Assembly (NCBI RefSeq): GCF_000023965.1
Contig: NC_013202.1
Span: 1,710,001-1,742,000 of the forward strand
Reading direction: 5' to 3'
Source of the DNA: Halomicrobium mukohataei DSM 12286
Lineage (GTDB): Archaea; Halobacteriota; Halobacteria; Halobacteriales; Haloarculaceae
Length of the DNA: 32,000 nt
Made by a program: the position numbers and the translations under genes. A model generated the notes under the pieces. That model searched no databases. It was given only the letters and a program-made list of their open reading frames with translations, and was not told the origin of the DNA. Positions within the stretch are counted from its first letter, which is position 1. Every line of letters starts with the position of its first letter. Positions 16,688-25,430 of the stretch are shown in pieces.

Positions 16688-17248
16688 GTGCAGTACGACC
16701 GTCTCACTACGGGGCTGGCAGTCGTGCTCGGTGGACTGACCGTCGTCCTGACGGTGGTGGGCCTGGTCGAGAGCCCCGCCGTCCTCGTTCTCGCGTCGAC
16801 GTTCGGCGCGGCGACGTACTTCGTCTACTACCACGCCAGCGGGCGGATGGCCAACCGAGTCTACCGGCGGGTCGAACGGCAGGCCAGGGTCGACGGCGGT
16901 CGACAGCGACGGACCGGCGCTGGTCCACGCGAGGAGTGGGAACCGCCGCGCGACGGTGCGAGCGCGCGTCGGGCAGGCGGGGGCGCGCGTGCCCGACAGA
17001 CCGGCGGTTCGCGGAGACAGCGGGGGCAGCGCCAGCGACGCGAGCGACGGGCCCGCGCACCGTCGGCGAGCGACGAGATCAGCGCGACGGAGGCCTACAG
17101 CCGGCTCGGCCTCGATCCGGGTGCCGATCAGTCTTCGGTCAAGGCCGCGTACCGACAGAAGGTCAAAGAGGTCCATCCCGACACCGACAGCGGCGACGAG
17201 CAGTCGTTCAAACGGGTCAAAGAGGCCTACGAGCGGCTGAACGACTGA
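16688..17248 (+). CDS. Membrane-anchored J-domain protein
   Basis: GTG start. An N-terminal pair of hydrophobic segments is followed by an Arg-rich linker and a C-terminal J domain with the HPD motif (YSRLGLDPGADQSSVKAAYRQKVKEVHPDT...FKRVKEAYERL). Confidence 0.8.
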   Translation: MQYDRLTTGLAVVLGGLTVVLTVVGLVESPAVLVLASTFGAATYFVYYHASGRMANRVYRRVERQARVDGGRQRRTGAGPREEWEPPRDGASARRAGGGARARQTGGSRRQRGQRQRRERRARAPSASDEISATEAYSRLGLDPGADQSSVKAAYRQKVKEVHPDTDSGDEQSFKRVKEAYERLND

Positions 17249-17282
17249 CCGTAGCGGAGAGCGTCGGTGCCAGACCGACCCC

Positions 17283-17879
17283 TCAGTCGTCGAGCAACAC
17301 GGCGTCGACGTACTCGGCTGCCGTCTGGCGTGCGGTCGCCAGGGTGTCCTCCTCGTCGAGGACGACCGCTCGGGTGCGAGCGCCGTCGACGATCGTCATG
17401 AGCGCGCGTGCGACGTGTTCGGAGTCGACCGGCGAGAAGACCCCTTCCCTGACGCCGTGGTCGATCACCGTCCGGAGCATGTAGCGGACGTACTCGTCGT
17501 TTTGCTGGAACCGCTCGCCGAACGTCTCGTTGTAGGGTGCCTGGCTGCGCATCTCCAGCATCGCGATCAGCAGATCCTGGTGGTCCTCCGCGTCGGCGAT
17601 CAACTTATCGATCAGTAAGTCGAGCCGCTGTTCGGGGTCCGTCGTCTCCACGTCGTGGACTGCCGCCGCGAACTGATCGAGGATGTAGTCCAGAAACGCC
17701 GCGAGGAGGTCCTCTTTCGTCTCGTAGTGGTAATGTACGGCGGCAGTCGTCTTGCCGTACTCCTCCGCGATGCGCTTGATCGTCAGGTCGGCGTAGCCGT
17801 GGTCTCGGAGCGCGCGATAGGTCGCGCGCATGATCGCTTCGTCCGACTCCGAGAGTGATCGGTCCGGCGGTTCGGCCAT
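17283..17879 (-). CDS. TetR/AcrR-family transcriptional regulator
   Basis: From the internal ATG 17879: MAEPPDRS...IMRATYRALRDHGYADLTIKRIAEEYGKTTAAVHYHYETKEDLL, which is a TetR helix-turn-helix. Confidence 0.85.
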   Translation of the reverse strand: MAEPPDRSLSESDEAIMRATYRALRDHGYADLTIKRIAEEYGKTTAAVHYHYETKEDLLAAFLDYILDQFAAAVHDVETTDPEQRLDLLIDKLIADAEDHQDLLIAMLEMRSQAPYNETFGERFQQNDEYVRYMLRTVIDHGVREGVFSPVDSEHVARALMTIVDGARTRAVVLDEEDTLATARQTAAEYVDAVLLDD

Positions 17880-17880
17880 T

Positions 17881-18017
17881 GCTATAACGTATAGCCAGTC
17901 CCGCATAACGCTTTTGACCGCCGAACAGTCATCGGTCAATCTTCGGCCAACCGTCGTCGTCGTGTCGCCGTGGCCGTGGTCGCCGTCCGCTTCCAAAGGA
18001 TTTTGACTAAACAGTCA
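17881..18017. promoter_or_regulatory. Candidate TetR operators between the divergent TetR genes
   Basis: Three palindromes are present: GCTATA-ACG-TATAGC (17881-17895), TTGACCG-N12-CGGTCAA (17914-17939) and TGACT-AAAC-AGTCA (18004-18017). The 8-mer AACAGTCA occurs at 17924-17931 and 18010-18017. Confidence 0.3.
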
Positions 18018-18038
18018 GTAAGTCAGATATCGACCGAC

Positions 18039-18638
18039 ATGGAGGACGAACCAGCCACCGAGATTCTACACGCGACGTATCGCGCCCTCTGTGACCACGG
18101 CTACGCGAATCTCACCGTGCAGGACATCGCCGCCGAGGCCGACAGGAGCACCGCCTCTATTCACTACCACTACGACGACAAAGACCAGCTGTTCGTCGCC
18201 TTCCTCGATTATCTGTACGACCGATACACCGAGCGCCTGGCCGACGTGGACGAAGGCTCGCCGCGGGACCGACTCGACGCCCTGTTCGACGTGTCGTTCG
18301 ACGACGGTCCCGACGGCCCACAGCAGGCGTTTCGGACGGCGATGCTCGAAGTGACGGCACAGGCACCGTACGACGATGCAATCCGTGACCGTCTCGCGGA
18401 GTTCGACGAACTGCTGTTCGAACAGCTCCGAGAGACCATCGCGGACGGCGTCGAAACGGGCGTGTTCGACGACCGCGTCGATCCGGCCGTCGCGGCGGAG
18501 TTTCTGACCGCGACGATCACGGGCGCACACACGCGAGAAGTCGCCGCCGGTGCTCCGTCGGACCGTCTGTACGCCGCGCTCACCGAGTACACCGAGCGAC
18601 ATCTGCTGGCAGCGGGTTCGACGGGGGTCGCGGACTGA
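18039..18638 (+). CDS. TetR/AcrR-family transcriptional regulator
   Basis: From the ATG at 18039: MEDEPATEILHATYRALCDHGYANLTVQDIAAEADRSTASIHYHYDDKDQLF. Its stop overlaps the MATE gene ATG (TGATG). Confidence 0.85.
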   Translation: MEDEPATEILHATYRALCDHGYANLTVQDIAAEADRSTASIHYHYDDKDQLFVAFLDYLYDRYTERLADVDEGSPRDRLDALFDVSFDDGPDGPQQAFRTAMLEVTAQAPYDDAIRDRLAEFDELLFEQLRETIADGVETGVFDDRVDPAVAAEFLTATITGAHTREVAAGAPSDRLYAALTEYTERHLLAAGSTGVAD

Positions 18639-20137
18639 TGGGACTGCTCGACCGGATCCGAGCGCTGTTCAAAGGTCCCGAGGAGTTCGATCTCACCTCG
18701 GGGAGCATCGGCAAGCCCCTCTTTTTCCTGTCGATGCCGATCGTGATCACGAACCTCTTCCAGACGGCCTACAACCTCGCGGACACCTTCTGGCTCGGCC
18801 AGTACAGCACGGACGCGCTGGCCGCGATTAGCTTCGCGTTCCCGATGGTGTTCCTGCTCATCTCGCTTGGCATGGGCATCTCCGTCGCCGGGAGCGTGCT
18901 CGTCGCTCAGTACACGGGTGCCGGCGAGGAGCGAGAGGCGGAGTACGCGGCCTCTCAGACGGTGACCTTCGCGGCTATCGCGTCGGTCGTGCTCGGCGTC
19001 GTCGGCTTCTTCGCCGTCGAGGCGTTCCTCGGCGTGATGGGCGCGTCCGCGGACGTGTTGCCCCTGGCGACGAGCTACATGGAACTGATCTCGCTGGGAC
19101 TGCTCTTCATGTTCGGCTTCGCCGTGTTCATCGCGCTCATGCGGGGCTACGGCGACACCATCACCCCGATGGTGGTGATGTTCGGGTCGGTGGTGCTCAA
19201 CATCGTCATCGACCCGTTCCTGATCTTCGGCTTCGAGAGCAATCCGCTGTTCTCGATGCTCGACCTGGGGAGCCTCGAAGCGACGCTGCTGGCGGCGACG
19301 GGCTACACGGGATCGGGCATCACCGGGGCGGCCATCGCGACGATCTTCTCGCGGGCGGTCGCACTCGTCGTCGGCCTCACGATCATGTTCCGTGGCAGGC
19401 GGGGCGTCCAGATCCACCTCGGCGACATGGTGCCCGATCTCGACTACCTCCCGCGGCTCGTCCGGATCGGCCTGCCGGCGTCGGTCGAGGGGATGGGGCG
19501 GGCGCTGTCGATGAACCTCCTGCTGTTCATCGTCGCGTTCTTCCCCGACGCCGTCGTCGCCGCCTACGGCATCGGGACGCGCGTGTTCTCGGTGATCTTC
19601 CTGCCGGCGATCGCCGTCGCCCGCGGCGTCGAGACGATGACCGGCCAGAACATGGGCGCGGACAAACCCGACCGGGCCCAGCGAGCGACCGGGCTCGCCG
19701 CGACGGTCCTCTTCGGCGTGCTCTCGGCCGCGGGGATCCTCGTCTTCTTCGTCGCCGCACCCATCGCCGACGTGTTCACGACCGATCCCGAAGTCGTCGC
19801 CGTCGCGACGCAGTTCCTGCGCTACGTCGCGCTGACCTTCGGCTTTATCGGAATCATGCGGGCGTACACGGGGAGTTTCCGCGGGGCCGGCAAGACGCTC
19901 ACCGCTGCGGCGATCTCCGTGCTGATGCTCGGGGTCATCCGGTTCCCCATCGCGTGGTTCGCGGCCGGCGAGATCGGCGAGACCGGGATCTGGCTCTCCT
20001 TCGCGATCTCGAACGTCGCCGGTGCGGTGATCGCCTACGGGTGGTATCGTCGCGGGACGTGGCGCGACAACGATCTCACCGAGGACGGAATCGACCTCGA
20101 CGACGCGGGGATGGAGCCCGCGACGACGGACGACTGA
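18638..20137 (+). CDS. MATE-family efflux transporter
   Basis: 499 aa with about 12 TM segments. The MATE-typical N-terminus is present (SIGKPLFFLSMPIVITNLFQTAYNLADTFWLG). It is coupled to the upstream TetR gene. Confidence 0.9.
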   Translation: MGLLDRIRALFKGPEEFDLTSGSIGKPLFFLSMPIVITNLFQTAYNLADTFWLGQYSTDALAAISFAFPMVFLLISLGMGISVAGSVLVAQYTGAGEEREAEYAASQTVTFAAIASVVLGVVGFFAVEAFLGVMGASADVLPLATSYMELISLGLLFMFGFAVFIALMRGYGDTITPMVVMFGSVVLNIVIDPFLIFGFESNPLFSMLDLGSLEATLLAATGYTGSGITGAAIATIFSRAVALVVGLTIMFRGRRGVQIHLGDMVPDLDYLPRLVRIGLPASVEGMGRALSMNLLLFIVAFFPDAVVAAYGIGTRVFSVIFLPAIAVARGVETMTGQNMGADKPDRAQRATGLAATVLFGVLSAAGILVFFVAAPIADVFTTDPEVVAVATQFLRYVALTFGFIGIMRAYTGSFRGAGKTLTAAAISVLMLGVIRFPIAWFAAGEIGETGIWLSFAISNVAGAVIAYGWYRRGTWRDNDLTEDGIDLDDAGMEPATTDD

Positions 20138-20440
20138 CCATGGTCGACGGACGCGTCTCGACTAATCACGGGGCGGAGATCGAGCGTCGCCTGGACGCCC
20201 TCGTGGACACGCACGACGATCACCTCCCGTCGCGAGTGTCTCCAGTCCTCGACGACCGGTGGGCTCGACGACGGGTCTCGGGACCGTCTCGAAGCGTTCG
20301 GCCGGACCCTCGCGGCCAGACGAGCAGCTAGGTGGACGCTCGCCCTCGACGCCGCCTGCGCCCGTCGTTCGAGGCGATCGAGGACGGACCCACGCCCACC
20401 CGTCCGTAACGGACATACCGATCGCCGACCGAGCGATCGT

Positions 20441-21118
20441 ATGCAGGAGACACCGCCGCTGGTCGTCGACGTCGACGGAACGCTGACCGGACCGGACCAG
20501 GCAGTCGCGCCCCGTGCGATGACGGTCCTCGCGGAGTGGCCGGCTCCGGTGGTCGTGGCCACGGGCAAGGCGTTCCCGTTCCCGGTCGCGCTCTGTCAGT
20601 TCGTCGGCATCGAGCCGTGCGTGATCGCGGAGAACGGTGGCGTCGTCTTCGTCGGCGAGAGCGACGAACTGGTGTTCGGCGGTGATCCGGAGGCCGTCGA
20701 CGCCTTCGTCGCGGCGTATCGCGAGCGGGGACACTCGCTCGGCTGGGGGAACGTGGACCTGGCGAACCGCTGGCGCGAGACGGAGATCGCCGTCTCGCTG
20801 GACCAGCCCCGCGAACCGTTAGACGAGCTGGCCGAGACCCACGGTCTGACCGTCATCGACACGGGCTACGCCTACCACGTCAAGTCCCCGGGCGTCGACA
20901 AGGGGACGGGGCTGCGGGCGGTCGCCGAGGAACTCGGGTACGCACCCGGTGACTTTCTCGCGGTCGGCGACTCGATCAACGACGTCGCAACGTTCGAACT
21001 GGCCGGCGAGAGCGTCGCCGTCGCCAACGCGGACGAACACGCGGCCGCGGCGGCCGACCGCCGGACCGACGCCCGGTACGCCGCGGGGTTCCTCGAAGCG
21101 GTCGAACCGTATCGGTGA
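20441..21118 (+). CDS. HAD-IIB phosphatase (archaeal phosphoglycolate phosphatase-like)
   Basis: 225 aa. VVDVDGTLT is HAD motif I, followed by VVVATGK, KGTGL and AVGDSINDV as motifs III/IV. Confidence 0.8.
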   Translation: MQETPPLVVDVDGTLTGPDQAVAPRAMTVLAEWPAPVVVATGKAFPFPVALCQFVGIEPCVIAENGGVVFVGESDELVFGGDPEAVDAFVAAYRERGHSLGWGNVDLANRWRETEIAVSLDQPREPLDELAETHGLTVIDTGYAYHVKSPGVDKGTGLRAVAEELGYAPGDFLAVGDSINDVATFELAGESVAVANADEHAAAAADRRTDARYAAGFLEAVEPYR

Positions 21119-21137
21119 ACGCGATGGATCCGGCGGT

Positions 21138-22292
21138 TCAATCGTCGTCTGTCGCTCCGGAACGGTCGAGCTGTCCGGTCGTGGCACCGCCCCAGTCGTA
21201 CCGGCGCTGGAAGTACAGCGCGACGTTGACCAGCGCGAGCAGGACCGGCACCTCGATGAGCGGGCCGACGACGGTCGCGAACGCGACGCCGGAGCCGACG
21301 CCGAACACCGCGACCGCGACCGCGATCGCCAGTTCGAAGTTGTTCGAGGCGGCGGTGAACCCGATCGCCGTCGTCGTCGAGTAGTCCGCACCGATGCCCC
21401 GTCCCATACCGAAGCTCACGAGGAACATCACGACGAAGTAGATCGTCAGCGGCACCGCGATCAGCAACACGTCGCCCGGCGACGCGACGATGGCTCCGCC
21501 CTGCGTGGCGAACATCACGACGACCGTAAAGAGCAGCGCGACCAGTGTCAGCGGATCGATCCTCGGGACGAACTCCTCCTCGTACCACGCTTCGCTCTTG
21601 ACGCGGGTCCCCACGTAGCGGCTCAGGAACCCGGCCCCAAAGGGAATCCCGAGGTAGACGACGATCGCCTCGAACACCTGCATCGGCGTGATGTCGAAGG
21701 TCGTGATGCCGGCGACCAGCGACTCCATGCCCAGCACCGGCGGGAGAAAGAGGGCGAAAAACCAGACGTAGACCCCGTAGGTGACGATCTGGAAGAGGCT
21801 GTTGAACGCGACCAGTCCCGTCACGTACTCGGTCGACCCCTCCGCGAGTTCGTTCCAGACGAGGACCATCGCGATACAGCGGGCCATCCCGATGAACACC
21901 AGGCCGAGGAAGTACTCGGGACGAGCGGGCAGTCCCGGGACGAGACCGCTGAAGAAGATCACGGCGAGTCCGAACATCAGCGTCGGACCGATCAGCCAGT
22001 TCTGGACGAGGCTCAGCCCGAGTACGCGCCAGTTGCTGAAGACGGTCCGGAGCTGCGAGTAGTCGGCCTTGGCCAGCGGCGGGTACATCATCAGGATCAG
22101 GCCGATCTCCACGAGGTGGAGATCCTGAATCGGCTGAGTCACCGACGGAGCGACGAACCCGAGACCGACGCCGACCGCCATCGCGCCGAAGATCCAGACG
22201 GTGAGGTACTTGTCGAGCACGTCCATCGACCGTGGGTCTCCACAGCTCTCACACTCGCAGTCCGGCCCGTGGTCGTGTTCGCCGTTACTCAT
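21138..22292 (-). CDS. acr3: ACR3-family arsenite efflux permease
   Basis: I take the start at ATG 22292 (MSNGEHDHGPDCECESCGD...). The core LDKYLTVWIF...GLILMMYPPLAKADY...SLVQNWLIGP is ACR3-typical. The gene overlaps the arsC stop by 8 nt. Confidence 0.9.
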   Translation of the reverse strand: MSNGEHDHGPDCECESCGDPRSMDVLDKYLTVWIFGAMAVGVGLGFVAPSVTQPIQDLHLVEIGLILMMYPPLAKADYSQLRTVFSNWRVLGLSLVQNWLIGPTLMFGLAVIFFSGLVPGLPARPEYFLGLVFIGMARCIAMVLVWNELAEGSTEYVTGLVAFNSLFQIVTYGVYVWFFALFLPPVLGMESLVAGITTFDITPMQVFEAIVVYLGIPFGAGFLSRYVGTRVKSEAWYEEEFVPRIDPLTLVALLFTVVVMFATQGGAIVASPGDVLLIAVPLTIYFVVMFLVSFGMGRGIGADYSTTTAIGFTAASNNFELAIAVAVAVFGVGSGVAFATVVGPLIEVPVLLALVNVALYFQRRYDWGGATTGQLDRSGATDDD

Positions 22293-22707
22293 CGATCTCC
22301 GCCTCGATTTCGTCGAACAGCGCGGCGACCCGATCTTCGATCTCGTCGCGGATCGCACGCACCTCGTCGAGGTCCTGTCCGTCCGGATCGTCCAGCGCCC
22401 AGTCGCGCACGTCGACCGTGGCGTCGAGATCGAGCGTCGAACAGCCCATCGTTGCGACGTGGTCGCAGGCGTCCAGCTCGGCGGTCGAGATCTCGCGCGG
22501 TGTCCGGTCCGAGATGTCGATGCCGATCTCGTCCATCACGTCGATCACCTCCTCGTGGACGTGGTCGGCCGGATGAGTGCCGCCGGTACGGATCTCGACG
22601 ACGTGACCGAGGTCCCGACGGTCGCGCTCGCGCTCGGCGAAGGCCGTCGACATCTGCGAGCGGCCGGCGTTCTGGACACAGACGAACGCGAGGCGAACGT
22701 CGGCCAT
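22285..22707 (-). CDS. arsC: Arsenate reductase, LMW-PTPase type
   Basis: 140 aa. The P-loop is CVQNAGRSQM (CX5R-S), and a downstream Cys pair lies in LDACDHVATMGCS, as in thioredoxin-coupled ArsC. Confidence 0.88.
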   Translation of the reverse strand: MADVRLAFVCVQNAGRSQMSTAFAERERDRRDLGHVVEIRTGGTHPADHVHEEVIDVMDEIGIDISDRTPREISTAELDACDHVATMGCSTLDLDATVDVRDWALDDPDGQDLDEVRAIRDEIEDRVAALFDEIEAEIDE

Positions 22708-23102
22708 CAGACCTCACCTCGCGTCTCGTCCAGCGCCGACAGGAGTGCCGTCGTCCGCGCTGTCGCCTCGTAGTAGCGCCAGGTCCCGTCCTTGCGTCGG
22801 CTGACGAGCCCCGCCTCTCGGAGGTCCGACAGCGCGTGACTGATCGCGCTCTCGCTGACGTCGACGACAGGACTGATCTCACAGACGCAGAGTTCCTCAT
22901 CGGCGGCCGACAGCAGCCGTGCGATCCTGTAGCGGGTGTCGTTGCTTAGCGTTGCCAGTGCCGCCAGATCGGCCTCGGGATCCGACGGGATCGTCGCTGC
23001 GTGCGATTCGATCGATTCGACGCGGTCCTCGACGTCGCCGTCACAGCACTCGCCGAGTTCCCGCGTGAGGAGTCGCTCCAGTCGGTCAGATTGTTCGGCC
23101 AT
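22707..23102 (-). CDS. arsR: ArsR-family metalloregulator
   Basis: From ATG 23102: MAEQSDRLERLL... It contains ELCVCEISP (the CVC metalloid site) and a winged-helix region (SESAISHALSDLREAGLV). Its stop overlaps the arsC ATG (TGATG). Confidence 0.85.
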   Translation of the reverse strand: MAEQSDRLERLLTRELGECCDGDVEDRVESIESHAATIPSDPEADLAALATLSNDTRYRIARLLSAADEELCVCEISPVVDVSESAISHALSDLREAGLVSRRKDGTWRYYEATARTTALLSALDETRGEV

Positions 23103-23130
23103 CTCTACTTGTTTGGTTGCACAACTGTTC

Positions 23131-23136
23131 ATATAA
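23131..23136 (-). promoter_or_regulatory. TATA box of the arsR-arsC-acr3 operon
   Basis: The minus strand reads TTATAT about 29-34 nt upstream of the arsR ATG, which fits a leaderless or near-leaderless transcript. Confidence 0.4.
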
Positions 23137-23157
23137 TGGTGGCGGATCCGCGCGCCG

Positions 23158-23278
23158 GCCGGGCCGTGTGGGTGTCGATGCGTGGGCAGGGCCTGTTCGC
23201 CGGACCGTGTGGGTGTCGGTGAGACTGTTTGCTGGACTGTATCGGTTCGCCGGGCCGTGTGGGTGTCGATGCGTGGGC
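23158..23278. repeat. Direct repeats in the arsR / GTPase intergenic region
   Basis: GCCGGGCCGTGTGGGTGTCGATGCGTGGGC occurs perfectly at 23158-23187 and at 23249-23278. A 21/23 copy lies at 23199-23221, and a truncated copy at about 23285-23306. Confidence 0.7.
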
Positions 23279-23423
23279 TATGCCGGTTCGCTGGGTGTGT
23301 GCCGATCAGCCGGTGGGTCCCGACTGGTGGCCACTTTCGTTCCACCGTTGGAGAGCACCAGACTGTCGCCTACGGACCGCTATTGACCGCTCAGGTGGGA
23401 TACGTCCTCGTACCCGGGGAAGG

Positions 23424-23431
23424 TTTTTATT
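23424..23431 (+). promoter_or_regulatory. TATA box of the GTPase gene
   Basis: TTTTTATT lies 23-30 nt upstream of the ATG at 23454. Confidence 0.4.
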
Positions 23432-23453
23432 CTGTGGTCCGTTACCCCGTCGC

Positions 23454-25127
23454 ATGAGCCCCGACCAGGCCGTGCTCCGCCGTGCGATCGAGCGCGGTGA
23501 ACAGGAGGGCGGCAGCGTCGAGTTCAAAGAGCGGCTCACCGAAGACCTCCACCTCGCCGAGGGTCGGCTGGAGAGCCTCGCCGCACAGTTGCGCCACCGC
23601 GTCCTCTCCGGTGACGGGGAGGCAACCTACGTCGTCGGCGTCACGGACGACGGCGGGCTCGCCGGGATCTCCCCGGAGGCGTTCTCCGAGTCGATGGACG
23701 TGCTCTCGCTGCTGGCCGACGAGGCCGGCGCACACATCGACGCCGTCCAGACCTGGGGGGTCGACAGCGCATCGCAGACGGCCGACACGGCATCGGACGG
23801 TGCCTCGGCGACGGCAGACATAGATCCAGACACCGCGCCAGAGGGTATCGTCGGCGTCGCGACGATCCGTGAGGGTGCCGTGCTGGAGGACGACGACCAC
23901 ATCGTCGTCGGCACCGCGGGCCACGTCGACCACGGGAAGTCGACGCTGGTGGGCACGCTCGTCACCGGGAGCGCCGACGACGGTGAGGGAAGCACTCGCT
24001 CGTATCTGGACGTGCAGCCCCACGAGGTCGAACGCGGCCTGTCGGCCGATCTCTCCTACGGCGTCTACGGCTTCGAGGACGACGAGCCGGTCCGCATGGA
24101 CAACCCCGACCGCAAGGACGATCGGGCACGCGTCGTCGAGGAGTCCGACCGCCTCGTCAGCTTCGTCGACACCGTCGGTCACGAGCCGTGGCTTCGGACC
24201 ACCATTCGGGGACTCGTCGGGCAGAAGCTCGACTACGGCCTGCTGACCGTGGCAGCCGACGACGGACCGACCAAGACGACCAGAGAGCACCTGGGCATCC
24301 TGCTCGCGACGGAGCTGCCGACGATCGTCGCCATCACGAAGGCCGACCTCGGCGACGACGAGCGCGTCGCCGAGGTCGAACGGGAGGTCGAACGAGCGCT
24401 GCGAGACGTGGACAAGACCCCGTTGCGCGTCGAGCGCCACGGCGTCGACGCCGCGATCGAAGAGATCTCCGAGACCGTCGTTCCCGTCGTGACGACGAGC
24501 GCCGTCACGATGGACGGGATGGACCAGCTCGACGCGATGTTCGAGCGCCTCCCCAAGACCGCCGGCGAGAGCGGCGCGTTCCGGATGTACGTCGATCGCA
24601 GCTACAACGTTCAGGGCGTCGGCGCGGTCGCCTCCGGGACGATCAAGTCGGGCGTGGTCGAGGCCGGCGACGAGTTGCTGCTGGGACCGATGCCCGACGG
24701 CACCTTCCGCGAGGTCGAAGTCCGGTCGATCGAGATGCACTACCACCGCGTCGACGAGGCCAAAGCCGGCCGCATCGTCGGCATCGCACTCAAAGGCGTC
24801 ACCGAGCCCGCGCTCGAACGAGGAATGGTTCTGCTCCCCCGCGACGCCGACCCGGACCCGGTCAGGGAGTTCGAGGCGGAGGTTATGGTGCTCAACCACC
24901 CGACGCGGATCGGCGACGGCTACGAGCCGGTCGTCCACGTCGAGACGATCAGCGAGGCCGCCCAGTTCTTCCCGACCGACGGCCAGCTGTTGCCCGGCGA
25001 CAGCGGCGAGGCTACGGTCCGCTTCAAGTTCCGCTCGTACCTCGTCGAGGAAGGTCAGCGGTTCGTCTTCCGCGAAGGCCGATCGAAAGGCGTCGGGACG
25101 ATCACCAGCGTCGAGACGGACGACTGA
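23454..25127 (+). CDS. EF-Tu-like GTP-binding protein (GTPBP1-type)
   Basis: From ATG 23454 (MSPDQAVLRR...). The G domain has GHVDHGKSTLVG, DTVGHE and TKAD, followed by EF-Tu-type beta-barrel domains. Confidence 0.85.
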   Translation: MSPDQAVLRRAIERGEQEGGSVEFKERLTEDLHLAEGRLESLAAQLRHRVLSGDGEATYVVGVTDDGGLAGISPEAFSESMDVLSLLADEAGAHIDAVQTWGVDSASQTADTASDGASATADIDPDTAPEGIVGVATIREGAVLEDDDHIVVGTAGHVDHGKSTLVGTLVTGSADDGEGSTRSYLDVQPHEVERGLSADLSYGVYGFEDDEPVRMDNPDRKDDRARVVEESDRLVSFVDTVGHEPWLRTTIRGLVGQKLDYGLLTVAADDGPTKTTREHLGILLATELPTIVAITKADLGDDERVAEVEREVERALRDVDKTPLRVERHGVDAAIEEISETVVPVVTTSAVTMDGMDQLDAMFERLPKTAGESGAFRMYVDRSYNVQGVGAVASGTIKSGVVEAGDELLLGPMPDGTFREVEVRSIEMHYHRVDEAKAGRIVGIALKGVTEPALERGMVLLPRDADPDPVREFEAEVMVLNHPTRIGDGYEPVVHVETISEAAQFFPTDGQLLPGDSGEATVRFKFRSYLVEEGQRFVFREGRSKGVGTITSVETDD

Positions 25128-25175
25128 CGGCGGCGTCGGACTGCGGCGTGAGGTGAGAACGGAGAGTGAGAGGAA

Positions 25176-25296
25176 GTTTCGAGTGCTTTTGCGAGTGGCG
25201 GGGTGGTGGGGTGGTAGTGGGGTGGTGGGGAGGGGTGGTGGTGGAGTAGAGTGATGGAGTGAAGTGGTAGGGAGAGAGGAGGTTTCGAGTGCTTTT
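25176..25296 (+). repeat. ORB-like origin repeats at the 3' side of orc1
   Basis: GTTTCGAGTGCTTTT occurs at 25176-25190 and 25282-25296. Each copy is preceded by GAGAG(T)GAGAGG and followed by G-runs. A partial copy, GTTTCGAGT, lies at 25357-25365. Confidence 0.65.
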
Positions 25297-25380
25297 CGCT
25301 GTGTAGATGGGGGTGTGGGGCGGAGTCGATACCGACTCATACTGCCGGCTGTAACTGTTTCGAGTAACTGTCTCGAGATA

Positions 25381-25402
25381 TTCGCGACCACGGGGTCGCG
25401 AA
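25381..25402 (-). terminator. Hairpin downstream of orc1
   Basis: TTCGCGACC-ACGG-GGTCGCGAA is a perfect 9-bp stem located 29 nt past the orc1 stop. A terminator function is inferred only. Confidence 0.3.
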
Positions 25403-25430
25403 ATTCTGTACAGACGTACCGCGGGCAGTA

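Noticed and set aside
20140-20331. A 63-codon ORF (MVDGRVSTNHGAEIERRLDALVDTHDD...) lies in the 300-bp gap after the MATE gene.
   Set aside because: The first half looks plausible, but the second half is Arg/Ser/Pro-rich. There are no motifs and no promoter signal. It was left unannotated and would need ribosome-profiling or conservation evidence.
20949-22949. Very long ORFs lie antisense or out of frame to annotated genes. Examples are 666 aa at 20949-22949, 550 aa at 2790-4442, 524 aa at 4902-6476, 649 aa at 23442-25391, 521 aa at 25102-26667 and 532 aa at 6707-8305.
   Set aside because: Their products are Arg/Pro/Gly-rich with low complexity and a basic character, unlike the acidic local proteome. 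Each overlaps a gene with clear family motifs. This is the usual stop-codon-poor artefact of high-GC DNA.
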